Assembly: GCF_000002075.1 (NCBI RefSeq)
Contig: NW_004797425.1
Location: 994,145-1,058,144 of the forward strand
Length of the DNA stretch: 64,000 bases
Direction: 5' to 3'
Source of the DNA: Aplysia californica
Taxonomy: Eukaryota
The notes beneath the pieces are model-generated. The model ran no database searches. It saw only the letters and a list, made by a program, of their open reading frames with translations, and was not told the origin of the DNA. The position numbers and the translations under genes are program-made. How positions within the stretch are numbered: the first letter of the stretch is position 1; the number at the start of each line of letters is the position of its first letter. Positions 1 to 11,777 of the stretch are shown here, in pieces.

Positions 1-389
1 TCTGGTGATAAGACATGATGGCGTCAAACTGGACAACCCATAGCACAATGGTGGTAGCTGTGTACATAAGTAGGTAGTTTGGAGTGGGATGGATGGTGAT
101 GGACTGTCCTCGTGGAAACCACCTCTCTCTACCCCCCTCCCAGTGGGGATCGGACGGAGAGAAGGGAGAGGACAGTTGAGATTGGGAGAAGTGGAGGGGA
201 AGAAGATTATGTCGGAGGGCTTGAATTGGATAGGGAGGANNNNNNNNNNNNNNNNNNNNNNNNNNNNNNNNNNNNNNNNNNNNNNNNNNNNNNNNNNNNN
301 NNNNNNNNNNNNNNNNNNNNNNNNNNNNNNNNNNNNNNNNNNNNNNNNNNNNNNNNNNNNNNNNNNNNNNNNNNNNNNNNNNNNNNNNN

Positions 390-722
390 CGGTGGCCTAG
401 TTGTTAGGCTCTCGGACTCGCAACCGCAAGTTCGTGGGTTCGAATCCTATCTGGGACCCGACTTTGTGTCCTTGGGAAAGGCACTTTACACGAACTTTCC
501 TCACTTGTCCCAGGTGGGAATGGGTACCCAGCTGTAGAAAATGAAAGATCTTATCAGTTTGTCGGTGTTTGAGCGCTTAATCAGCTGCTTGCACTGTATG
601 CTTCCCGGGAAGCTGAGAATGTTTCTGAGTGTTCTTTGCTGGGGTAATAATATAGTGTAAAGCGCATAGAGCTTGCTGTAGAGAGGGGTTATGCGCTATA
701 AAATGCCATTTATTATTATTAT
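390..722 (+). mobile_element. tRNA-derived SINE family A (L2/CR1-like tail)
   Basis: A box TGGCCTAGTTGTT and B box GGTTCGAATCC; central CCTTGGGAAAGGCACTT...ATGGGTACC; tail TGTAAAGCGC...GCGCTATAAAAT(TAT)n. Homologous copies at 15920 and 16343. Confidence 0.85.
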
Positions 723-1455
723 AATTGTTATTATTTTTTAATTAAGCCCAGAAATTAATAACAGATTCGCGGTTCGCACTCGTATAATCTTTTGGTAGCC
801 TATGAGAACAAAATGCAAAAGGCTAGGGATTTGCGCTATACAAATGCTATCTATTTATCTATCTATTTATAAATACATATTTGTTACTTGTGTTTTCTTT
901 AAGAAATAGTGTGTCTAGAGAGTTTTTGCTAAAGAAATAACGTGTTTGGACAGTTTTTGCTCTCAATAAAAATCCTTTAGCCTTCTGATAATTCCAGTTG
1001 ATATTTGTACAGATTTGAGGTTCAGATTATATTTATGTAGATCTATCTGGTTTTGTTTAGCTTTTTTGTTTGTTCGTTTGTTTGTTTTTATTTGTTTTTT
1101 GTGCACACTGTTAACACGAAATACATATTTTTGTCGGATTATAAGGAGAGACAGGGGTTCGAAGCATGATTCCATAATGCTTTTTCTTACTATTTTTTTT
1201 GCCTTTAATTTACTTTAATTTATTTCTTCTTTTCTTCCTTCGGTTTCTTCGGAATTGGGGGTAACAACGTGATCACGTTGAAAGCATTAAATACTGACAT
1301 GTCTTATTTCCCCTTATCTGCAAGTCTATAATTTTTATTCGCAGGAATTTGTACGTATAATATAATTTGTAGGCAGTGCCCTGTGTCTACAATGATATTA
1401 CGAGGTTACGAATATGATTTTCTTAAATTTACTTTTTATTTATTAAATTATTAAC

Positions 1456-2953
1456 CTGAAGCGACTTCAGAAACTATCAGAAAGAGTCCTAGCAGAGAGC
1501 CAATGCGGTTTCAGATCAAACCGCTCAACAATGGACATGATCTTTTCTATTCGTCAGCTACAAGAAAAATGCAGGGAGCAAGGACTGCCATTACATACTG
1601 CGTTCGTCGATCTGTCAAAGGCTTTTGATACAGTCAGTAGATCAGGACTGTACATGGTGCTTGGAAAAATTGGCTGTCCCCCAACACTGCTACAGCTCAT
1701 CTCATTCCACAAAGATATGAAGGCCACCATTCAGTTTGACGGTTCAACATCAAACAGTTTCAACACCAATAGCGGAGTAGAGCAAGGTTGTGTCTTAGCA
1801 CCAACCCTTTTTAGCACTAATTTTGCTGTCTTACTGCAACACGCATTCAAAGAGTCACCAGGGGATGTCTTCCTCCACTGGAGAACTGATGGGTCGCTCT
1901 TCAATCTTGCTCGACTCAAGGCCAAGACCAAGATCAACAAAACAACAGTACGAGACCTTCTCTTCGCCGATGATGCTGCTCTTGTTGCTCACAGTGAATC
2001 AACCCTACAAACAATGATGGACCGCCTATCAACAGCGTGCAAGGTCTTTAGCTTGGTCATCAGTGTTAAGAAAACAGTCATCCTTACCCAAGGAGGTGCA
2101 GAGCAGAGCCATATATGACAGAACAACAAGGAACTTAAGACAGTGAACAAGTTCTATTACCTGGGGTCTACCATCAGCTCTACAACATCACTTGATATTG
2201 AGATCAACATCAGGATAGGGAAAGCAGCAACAACTTTTGGAAGGCTGACAAAACGAGCATGGGAAAACAAAAGATTAACCATCAAACAAAGATCAAGATT
2301 TACGAAGCGTGTGTCCTCAGCACACTCCTTTATGGATCTGAAACATGGACCTTGTACAGCAGACAAGAAAAGCGCCTAGACATTTTCCATCTCAGATGCT
2401 GCCGCAAGATCTTAGGCATTTCGTGGCGTGACAAGGTTACAAATGTTGAAGTGTTGGCACCGCAAACCTCCAGAGCCTGACAACTATCCTGTGTTTTAAA
2501 AGATTGAGATGGCTTGGCCATGTCAAGAGAATGGATGACAACCGGATTCCGAAGCAACTTCTCTATGGAGAACTTGCCCAGGGAAAGAGACAAGGAGGAA
2601 GACCAAAATTGAGGTACAAAGACATCTGCAAAAACAGCTTATCTAAGGTTGGAGTAGATGTTAACATCTGGGAAGAAATAGCTGGGTACCGGAAAACATG
2701 GAGGAAAATTATAAAGGAAAGAACAAAATGCTAGAGAACAACCTTAGAAACAACCAGGCTGAGAAGCACCAACGACGAAAGGAAAACAGCGGAAATACAG
2801 AGCTTCGATCTACGACACTGACATGCAAGCACTGCGACAGAATCTGCGCTTCCAACATAGGAAGAATTAGCCATGAAAGAAGCTGCATGAAGACAACCTT
2901 GACACCATTTTAAGCTAAATTGAATTGACCGTCTGCGTAGACGAAAAGAGCCA
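1456..2953 (+). mobile_element. 5'-truncated RTE-clade LINE (frameshifted RT plus C-terminal C2H2-like finger)
   Basis: ESQCGFRSNRSTMDMIF, FVDLSKAFD, GVEQGCVLAP, LLFADD, LLYGSETW, RWLGHV, CKHC...SHERSC; several frameshifts. Confidence 0.93.
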
Positions 2954-3789
2954 TACGATGTTAAACTATAGTTATATTTCAAGGAATTATTTTCTTCCCT
3001 GATTCATCTAGCTAATTCATTTGGACCTGTTCATTGCGTCATATTTTTCCCCAGTCCTCTCACCATTTACCAATACATGTAGGCTTGTATTCTTTACATT
3101 TTTTGGCATAGGGGCCTCTATTATAACGACAAATACCAACGTAAATCAAGGTCAATGTAGCCTATAGGATTATAAAAATACGAGGCTTACAGTACATAAT
3201 TTTTTTAAAGCTGTCTATAGGAATGATATAATTATACTTACACACAAAACATGAGCCTGAGTACATGTACTTGCATTTTACTCATAATTTTACGAGATCA
3301 TTAGAATCTGATCCTACTATATTCTTATTGAAGAACATACGAAAACAAAGAGATAGCGTCCAGAAAGACAGACAGGCTTACAGATATTTAAGAGTCTCTG
3401 CAGACACACAGACAAATAGCTAAACAGACAGAATTGCAGACAGGCAGGCAAAAAAAAAAAATCAAAAAATTTTTTAATAGACGCACGAAAGGCCTATACA
3501 CAATTGCATTCTGTGTAAGATCAAGCAAGATAAGCAGACAGATAAGCGACAGAGAGAGAATTTTTAAAAATATATGAAAAAGATTGACAATCTGGATCTA
3601 GAATCTATGACTCTCCCCATTTGGAACGGCTTTTATGGCTTCTTTTCTGTTTCTGTTGAAATGTCGACAGACGCTACCAAACGACGCGTAAAATAGCGCA
3701 CAAGCATACGTCTACCGCATGCGGTTGTACAGGTCCTCTTAAATGTTGAATACATTAAAACTTATTCTCAACAGGTCTCATCTCTCCTG

Positions 3790-4150
3790 TTTAAGAAAGC
3801 TATAGTCTTATACAGTGATTCAATAGAAGAATGTGATCCAGTCTCTGGAGTTTTTGAGGTGAAGAAAGCCCTTAGTATATTCTGCCAACTCAAGAAAATC
3901 TAGGCAAGATCAGAGAGGGTTTACAGTATTACTGTAAACTCTATTGGCAAGATATGGGCGGAAACTTGATCCGAATTCATTGGGTAGGTCAAAGCTAGCC
4001 GACGCTGTCCAAACAAAGATTCTCTATTAGTGGAGAATCTTTGGTCCAAATGCGAAACACGTTCCCCAGAGCTATTAATTCTTACTCGAATTTTTTTAAA
4101 ACGATATAGACACTGTGAAGGCCATGTCAGACGGCTGCATTTCCCCCTCG
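3790..4150 (+). mobile_element. Possible decayed LINE RT fragment
   Basis: Conceptual translation with stops gives EVKKAL...IGKIWAE...PNK...ILTRIFLKR, resembling the N-terminal part of RTE-type RT. Confidence 0.35.
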
Positions 4151-4218
4151 ACCCCTGGAGGTACCAGAGAACAGAAAAAGTAAAAGTATAGTACATGTTA
4201 AAGACTTAATAAGATTAA

Positions 4219-4461
4219 CCCTATCCGTACGCCCTGTGGTCATTTTGTAGCCCCGGGGTTGTATTCTTCACATTTTAGAATACTTCTAGTACGAAGATCT
4301 CTTTGAAACTTTCAGTATTTCTTTTAAAAAATCAATTTGACAGACTGCTATGCAAAGCGAAACGGATCGGATTAACGTGTACATTTCCTTTTTGGACAGT
4401 GGTGGCACAGAGTTGCTCACGTCGTATGGATGCAATAGTAAAACAAGACGTACAGATAGGG
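4219..4461. mobile_element. piggyBac-type MITE
   Basis: TTAA at 4215-18 and 4462-65; TIR CCCTATCCGTACG / CGTACAGATAGGG. Confidence 0.8.
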
Positions 4462-4756
4462 TTAAGACTTCTCTAAAAGATTGCTCCATTGATGTAGATT
4501 AGTGGGAAACACCTCTGTGTTGACTGATCACAGTGGCGTAAGGCTGTGAATTGCTTCAGCATTGAAAAAAAAGAAAACAAAAAACATACAACCCCCCCCC
4601 CCCAAAAAAACCCCAACAACAACAAAAAACAAAACAAAACAGCCAAGCAGTCAAATCCTGCCATTACGTAATGCTTGCCCAAAAGATCATTTTGTTTGTG
4701 GTAAATTATTCTAAAAAGAAAAGCGCTTGAAAGTTATAACAAGAGAAACTATATGA

Positions 4757-4758
<2 letters not shown>

Positions 4759-4840
<82 letters not shown>
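4759..4840. repeat. (GT)n microsatellite
   Basis: About 41 perfect GT units. Confidence 0.98.
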
Positions 4841-4845
<5 letters not shown>

Positions 4846-5399
4846 TGAGTTAATCATCTTGCCATTATTTTCTTATTTTTTAAAAGGTGGAAAGTCCTAT
4901 ATTATATGCATGTTTGTTAGGCCAAAGAGGAATTAGAATCTAATTACGAAAAGGGAAATAATTCAAATCAGACCAGTTATAAAACGTATTAGCTTAATTG
5001 CTTCCCTTTGTATACTCTTATGTCAAATTGTTTTTGTAGTTTACGCTTTCTTGTTCTAACAAATAAAATAATATCATTCATAACTTTGATACAAAAATTT
5101 GTGAAACTAATATGATGATCTAAAATGCTGTTTGATGGTGTACTATAATAGATTTTAGTGCTTGCTATTTTGTTTAAGAGTATTGGATAAGTGGGTCAAG
5201 CTTTTTTTAGTCACCAGCCAATGTGTTTGCCTGAAGACTGAAGAGTCGAGCTTGGTGGGAACGGATACTCTAGGCCTATAGACCCTATGACTGGCTATTG
5301 ATCTAAACTGTGTGAATTTGGGTTTGTTATTTATTGTAGATGAACGTACTTGTTTTCTACATATGAATGAATCATTTTTAGGTTTATTTTTTTAAAGAT

Positions 5400-5763
5400 A
5401 TAGGTTCTTGTCGCCCTGCCTCAGCAACAGCGAACGCTGGTCGATAAGCCGCCGTGTCTTCAGCCTATGACTGTGAAGACGAGAGAAGTTGCAAAGCTCT
5501 GTGGTTGTGGTGGAAAGACGACGAGAAACGGAGGATTTCAGCTTTTCTGACGACAGCAGTACGGTATACTACATTCAAGTCTACAAAGAGTCGCCCTGTC
5601 CCTCGCTGTGTCGAGTATGGAATTGGTAGGCACTTCCCTTCGAAAAGCAGATTACAATTTCAGATCTTGAAGACCCACCACTCACCCCATTGCATTGGAA
5701 CGTCGGCAACGGCAGTCGGCAGCCCGTCCGTCAGTCCGTCCCACCAGCAAAGACAGGAAAAAG
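5400..5763 (+). promoter_or_regulatory. Probable promoter/5'UTR of SETD2 (CpG-rich)
   Basis: Local CpG enrichment just upstream of the ATG at 5764 (context AAAAGATGG), in otherwise AT-rich, CpG-poor DNA. Confidence 0.55.
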
Positions 5764-5795
5764 ATGGACGATTACGACCCTGCATGCCCTACAGA
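5764..5795 (+). CDS. SETD2: SETD2 first coding exon (MDDYDPACPTE)
   Basis: ATG GAC GAT TAC GAC CCT GCA TGC CCT ACA GA|gtaaga, phase 2. Resembles the vertebrate SETD2 N-terminal motif MGDFYDPEHPTPE (recalled). Confidence 0.8.
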
Positions 5796-6593
5796 GTAAG
5801 AATTTTGTTCTTTTTCTGTGTTCTTAACTTAATTGCTAATTGGTCTACATCTAGGATAGTGTGTAGACTGTTGGTTTGAAGTGCTTTTCGATGAACACTA
5901 CTGGGAGGCATTTCTTCAGGCAAACATTATAAATTGCCATGGCTAGATCTAGATCTCTTGATTCTAGATCTAGGCCTACACATGATACATGATGGCCGTG
6001 GTCCATGATTCCAATTCTATGACTCCATAGTAAGGTACAGGTAAGGTTTGGCCAAAGTCAAGGAAATGGACTCTTTAAAAATAGGCAGGCACTATTTGCA
6101 ACGCCGCATTCTGAATAGCTCACGTGCTATGCCTATTTGAAACGCTGCGTTCTGATCGTAGATCTAGCTCCTATGCTGTTTGAAATGCCGCGTTCTGAAT
6201 AGCTCCCATGCTATTTGAAACGGCAGTACTAACATCAAGAATTTTAGATCTAGATCTAGTAACATCGTTTCTAACATATAATAATGTTGTAGTTCTGCCT
6301 GAATTGTGGAAACTTTCAGTTTCTTCATGAACTTCATAGGATTTGACTCATTTTTTTATGACACTATCTTATTCCAATCAATATTGGGTTGATCTAAATC
6401 TAGATCTAGATCCTCTAGGTCTCAAATTGTTTCAGACATTGTTTGCACAAAATTAGTTCATCTCTCATAATAATTATTATAATCTTTTGAGTTTGAGCAA
6501 GTAGATCTAAGTCAAAAGACGCTTGGATAACAATTTAAAACAAGACGATGCAGCTCGGTAAGCACTATTTCCTTTCTGCAGTGTCATCATACA

Positions 6594-7416
6594 CAGTGGC
6601 GGTGGGTAGTGAAGGGCTCACGGGCTTGAGCCCCTACCCCCACCCCCACCCCCCAACTCTATCCCAAAGTAAACGAAAGTTTCTCCATAATTGAAACTGT
6701 TTATGACCGCACGCAATGAACACAGTGTGATCAACTTGGCGGCTTGCTCGCTTATCCAATCACTGTTGTCACCGCTTACAACTATAGTAACCCAGCAGCC
6801 AATCAAATGTCTTTAGGGCTCAGCAAAGATGAGCCCTTTTCCCACAGCCTATCCTTAATGAAACTCTTAGATTCTTGTAAAAAGGTAGAAGACAGGGAAA
6901 AATTAATAACTCTGTACCGAGGGCTCACGCTCTCCTAGCCCTGACAATGGGGTGAAAGTTTACGACACACTTTCCCCCACTGACACAATGCGCTCACTGG
7001 TTCTTTGTTGGGTGCGTTCAACTTTCTCGACTACACGGCCTAATCCAGCTCATAGAAGTATTATGTTTGAAGTGCTGTGTGTAGTGTATATATATATGTG
7101 TTTGTGCCGCTGAGATTTAACAGTTATAAATCAGGTCGAACTACTTGTAAGGCAACTTTTTCATCACACGAAAACTAATTAGAGAAAATTTGGAGGTGAA
7201 TCGGCTTCATCCCCACCATCAAGAAGAATTTAACTAAGAACAAAGAGATGGAAAACAAAGGCAACTTTTCGTTTTTGAATGGTACTCAAACTGCCGTGGC
7301 TCACCGTGAGTATAGAAAAATCATCACTGTTTAATTCTTATTGCTTGCTATTTTAGTGATAAACAACTGGAAGCAACCTAAGCCCCACCCAAATTTTGGT
7401 CCACCCACTGCCACTG
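6594..7416. mobile_element. hAT-type MITE
   Basis: TIR CAGTGGCGGTGGGT / ACCCACTGCCACTG; 8-bp TSD ATCATACA / GTCATACA (7 of 8). Confidence 0.75.
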
Positions 7417-7434
7417 GTCATACAATACCTAAAA

Positions 7435-8541
7435 GGGAGTGTATACAGACCCGGTAACCGGGAACAAAGTCACAACGAAGTGGCTAGCCGTACTTAAGTA
7501 CGGCTAGACTGCCAGTCTAGCCGTACTTAGATCTAGGTTTGGCCAAATCGACTAAAACCTGTTAAGTACACAGGTCTCATTAGATCTAGATCTAGTAATT
7601 ATTCAGGTTCAAATACATGAAAGTCAGTAAGGCACCTTTTGGTTTTGTCTGAAATACAAACTTTTGGCATTGCAAACTAAAAATTTCATTTACAATTCAG
7701 CCATCAATATTAAGTACGGCTAGCCTGACAGTCTAGCCGTCCTTAAGTACGGCTAGCCTGGCTGTCTAGCCGTACTTATCTTAGGCCCTATTAACATTAG
7801 AAAACAGGAGGTTTAAAATACATACACTGTCATTAAGGCACCTGGTTTCGTCTAAAATACAAATGCTTTAGGTACTGCACACTAAAAATGTATATTTACA
7901 ATTCAGTAGGCCTATTTTTTGTAAATGGTCAGTCTAGCCATCATATTAAGAATAAGTACGGCTAGACTGCGAGTCTAGCCGTACTTAAGTACGGCTAGAC
8001 TGCCAGTCTAGCCGTCATTAAGTACGGCTAGCCTCTTCCAAGTCACAAAGTATAAATTATAAAGATCCGGTAGGGGAACTCTTTTGTGATTTCGGAAAGT
8101 TTCAGCGCCCTCTTGGCTCAGGGTAGACCATAAAAATGTACACTACCAAGGCTCTTCTAGATCTATGGCCTAGGTCTAGATCTAGACAGACAGACATAAA
8201 TCATTGATCTAGTTTCGAGGCTAGCCTAGATCTAGATCTAAATGAAGATTGCGGATATCTTTTCGATGAACAATCGTTTTTCCTCCATTTTGGAGTTGGA
8301 GGAATCACAATTTGAAGAAAAGAACAATGTCATAATTTCAACCGAGCAGTCACCCTCTCTATTTCTCTGCCATACCCCCCCTTCTCTCTCTCTCTGTGTA
8401 TCGCTCGCATTCTCTTTTTCTTTGTTTGTCTCTGTCTTTCTTTCTCCCCACCTATTTCCCATTCTATCTTTCTCTTGTTCCCTCCTGCCAACGGGGGCAT
8501 GTCATACATTTTGCTAGCACTCCCCCCTGCTCTCTCTCTCT

Positions 8542-8609
<68 letters not shown>

Positions 8610-8722
8610 AACACACTACCGGGTCTGGGCGCTGAAACTTTCCGAAATCACAAAAGAGTTCCCCTACCGGGTCTGTATACTTCGTGACTTTGTTCCCAGT
8701 TACCGGGTCTGTATACACTTCG
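7435..8722. mobile_element. Mutator-like MITE with ~100-bp TIR (left TIR interrupted)
   Basis: 9-bp TSD TACCTAAAA (7426-34 / 8723-31); TIR AGTGTATACAGACCCGGTAAC...AAAGTCAC, continuing at 8049-8110 and matching 8625-8722; internal (CT)n. Confidence 0.85.
7476..8039. mobile_element. Mutator-like palindromic MITE (innermost)
   Basis: 9-bp TSD AAGTCACAA (7467-75 / 8040-48); TIR (C/G)GAAG(T/A)GGCTAGCCGTACTTAA; repeated 24-bp palindrome CTAGCCGTACTTAAGTACGGCTAG. Confidence 0.85.
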
Positions 8723-10286
8723 TACCTAAAAATATCTCTGCATGCACTTTACATTTTGCCATCACACATGACGTTGCCTGATCTAGGCTTCAGCGATTTA
8801 ATAGAGGGAGGTAGTGTCTACGTTCCCTAACGTTGGGCCTAGAGAACGTAGGCTAATTAACAAGCTGTATACGTTCTCTAATGTTCAGTGCTTCCAAGCG
8901 TGGCATCGAATCCCGGTCCTGGAAGGTTTTTTTTATCTTGTCCTAAGCCTAAACTTTAAAAAACAATTAGACTCACAGACCAAGGAAAGCCACTATTTCA
9001 GGCCTAAATTGGTAAAAAAGGAAAAGTATACGATAGGTTTTAAAGCTCCTCTTGGGGACAAAAAACAGAAGTGCATGCTTCATCACTACATAAAAAACTA
9101 CAAAATGGGAAAAAATTGTTGGTCGGTCGGGAAGAGGAGAAAGAAGAAGGAAAAAAACCTTCCACGACCGGGATTCGTTCCCATGCTCATAAAATAATGG
9201 TTCAACTTCAAACGCAGACGTGCTGTTCATTCGGCTATTAGAACTTCCGACAACGAAAGGTAGATTAAGCTTGATGATATTTAACACACAGCGTTTTATT
9301 TAGCACTGTCACTGGTGCTATCGCAACATGGCCTTTTTATTTAGCACTGGCTCTAATTGCTGCTACGTGACGTTGCAAATAGGCACTTCCTTAAAAATAT
9401 GTTTACGAAACTGCAATGCAATTATAATAAAAGTAAAAGTGAAAGGAAAGTGAAACACAATGATGATATGACCTATGGTGATAGTAGAGGCCTCTATACT
9501 ACTAATAGTCTATAGATTTTTTACTTTCTGCATGACATGAAATGAAAGCATTCTGGGTTTGGGTCTAGATCTATCAAGTCAAGCGTCTAGACAAGAAGTC
9601 CATAATAGTCTATACTATATTATGTCTAGATTCTAATTTTAGCTTAGTCTAGATTTTATTAGGTCTGCAATATAATGTCAGTAACGTACATCTAATATCT
9701 CAGGTCTAATGCCTCATTGTGGATGAACCTAGCCTGACTTAAGCTAAGGTCTGACTTTTCTAATCTATCTAATCTATCTATAATCATCATGTCTAAATGA
9801 AAGTCCTGGATTATATAACCAGGTAAAGCTGAAAATATTTGTTCTTGCTGTTCTAGTTCTTGGGTGTATTAGGGAAAAAATATTTGTGCAGTACATAGAG
9901 CCTGCTATAAAGCATTATGCGAGGGTAGGTGCAATTATTATTTGGCTCTCAAATTAGATTTTGAATGAATAATTTTTACTATTCCTCCTACTCAGTGAAT
10001 AATTTGTAAGCAAGGGATATTAAATATATTTATAGATGTAGGCTGTTTTCTCTTTTTCAAATGGAGTTGGAAGCTAAGACCTAGAGATACTTGCTTTCTG
10101 CTGTAACCAACCTATGAAAATAATCATTGGTATTGTCCACCCCTTTTTAACTTTCAATCTTAGAGTAAAAGTACAGAGATGTCAAAATTGAATTAAAGTT
10201 GAGTAATTGTAATGTTAGCTAATGGTAAATTCTGTCCTACCAATTCTGAACCAAATACTTGGTGATGCTTTGTTTTTATGTATTTT

Positions 10287-10922
10287 GGCTGCGGCTGATC
10301 GGACTCGAGTCTGAATAGCCTCCTGTGGCTATTCGGACTCAAATTCCAGTGCGCATCACTTGGCAATCACTGAGTGTACTGGATGTGAAGCGGACAGGCA
10401 ATTCGACCTTGGCCTTTCTCAATTTCTACGATCTGGCCAAAATTTTCTATTGAGAAAAGCATTAGTGACGTCAAGAGTGAACAACAGTTGCAAAATCTGA
10501 AATACTACCCATCAAACAGGGAAACGGCAATCTTAGCTCAATGCAGTGAAAAAACCCCCCTGAAAATCAAAGTTTCAGAACAACAAAGGATATGTATATA
10601 TATATATCAATAGGTAGCCTAAACCCGCTTATTTTTATTTGACAAGAAAGACAAAATCATTGATCAATTGGAAGACCAGTTAGTAATTAATAAGAGAAAT
10701 GTTAAAACCCTTCCAAAGGGAACAAAAGTCGGTCATTCAAAGTAACAAAGGAAAAGCTTTTCCCACAGCATACTTTACATGATGTTCAAATAAAATCGGG
10801 ACAAAACAGTACATATTCTGAAAGTGTTCTCTTAGACAAGCAACTATCCTTCAACAGTATTTGAGTTTGAGTCTGAATAGCCACGGGACACTTTTCAGAA
10901 TTGAGTCCAAATAGCCACTTCA
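10287..10922. mobile_element. Degenerate Mutator-like MITE (TTCGGACTCGAGTCCGAA family)
   Basis: Both ends carry GGCTATTCGGACTC / GAGTC(C/T)GAATAGCC motifs and the right end is ...AATAGCCACTTC. TSD unclear. Relative at 23677-24594. Confidence 0.5.
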
Positions 10923-11636
10923 TTTGATTTTACTAACAGTTCTATGTTAATAATATAATGTCAAGGTTGGTTTTATCTTATTTTGGGCTTTTAGTTAATA
11001 TGGCAGGACTATGCTATGTTTTTTTGGATAGGGGTGGTAAGTTTTCATACTGACTACTGACGTAGATTAAGATGGAAACAGTTAAAAATGTGACACTGTC
11101 TAATTACATTTGGGTGTAAAATATATATGAATCTGAAAATTAGTTTGTGTCCCAGCTAAGGAATTTAGAACAAAGCCGGTTGCTACAGCACCTAATTTTC
11201 CTCTTTGCTGATTTTTGCTTTTTTTTCTACATATCTGTGCTTGTCCTCTGAATAATTGTTCACTTGTAGGTTTTGATCAGCATAGTGGTTACTGTACTGT
11301 TCTCTTGATTTGTAAAATTCTTGGGTGACCTAGGTATTTTATAGAGGTACAATAAATGCATCCTTATATTTATTCCAAAATAACCCCCCCCCCCCGCCCC
11401 CTTTATTAAAAAACTTTTTTAGTGCTACTTCAGTCCACATGTAAACATTCTCATTCTCCCCTCCCCCCTCTCCTGTACGGAGAAGGCTTTTTGACGGCAA
11501 GCTGTTAAAATGTACCTGGCCTAGAACGCAAAATTTTACAGGATAGTGAAAAGACTTGTTTTTTTAACCATGTCTACATTTTATGTATTTTTACTTTTTT
11601 TTTTTTTTCAACATTTTTAGAATTTGAATTCTGACA

Positions 11637-11777
11637 AAATATTTCTTGAGCACGTATTCAATGGATACCACAGAGTTAGGACAGTGCGGTAAAAAGAATA
11701 AATCTGAAATATTTCTTGAGCACGTATTCAATGGATACCACAGAGTTAGGGCAGTGCGGTAAAAAGAATAAATCTGA
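11637..11777. repeat. 70-bp tandem duplication
   Basis: ATTTCTTGAGCACG...GAATAAATCTGA repeated at 11641 and 11711 with one mismatch. Confidence 0.9.

Larger units (their letters stand above)
6084..9390. mobile_element. Mutator-like non-autonomous element (outer shell of nest)
   Basis: 9-bp TSD TTAAAAATA (6075-83 / 9391-99); imperfect TIR GGCAGGCACTATTTGCAACG vs reverse complement GGAAGTGCCTATTTGCAACG; ~35-40-bp subterminal repeats at 6090-6222. Confidence 0.65.

Noticed and set aside
390-460. tRNA genes (also 16345 and 49585)
   Set aside because: The A/B boxes continue into multi-copy SINE bodies and tails, with no complete cloverleaf.
3650-3740. CpG-rich patch as promoter of a divergent gene
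   Set aside because: No supportable exon to the left within the window.
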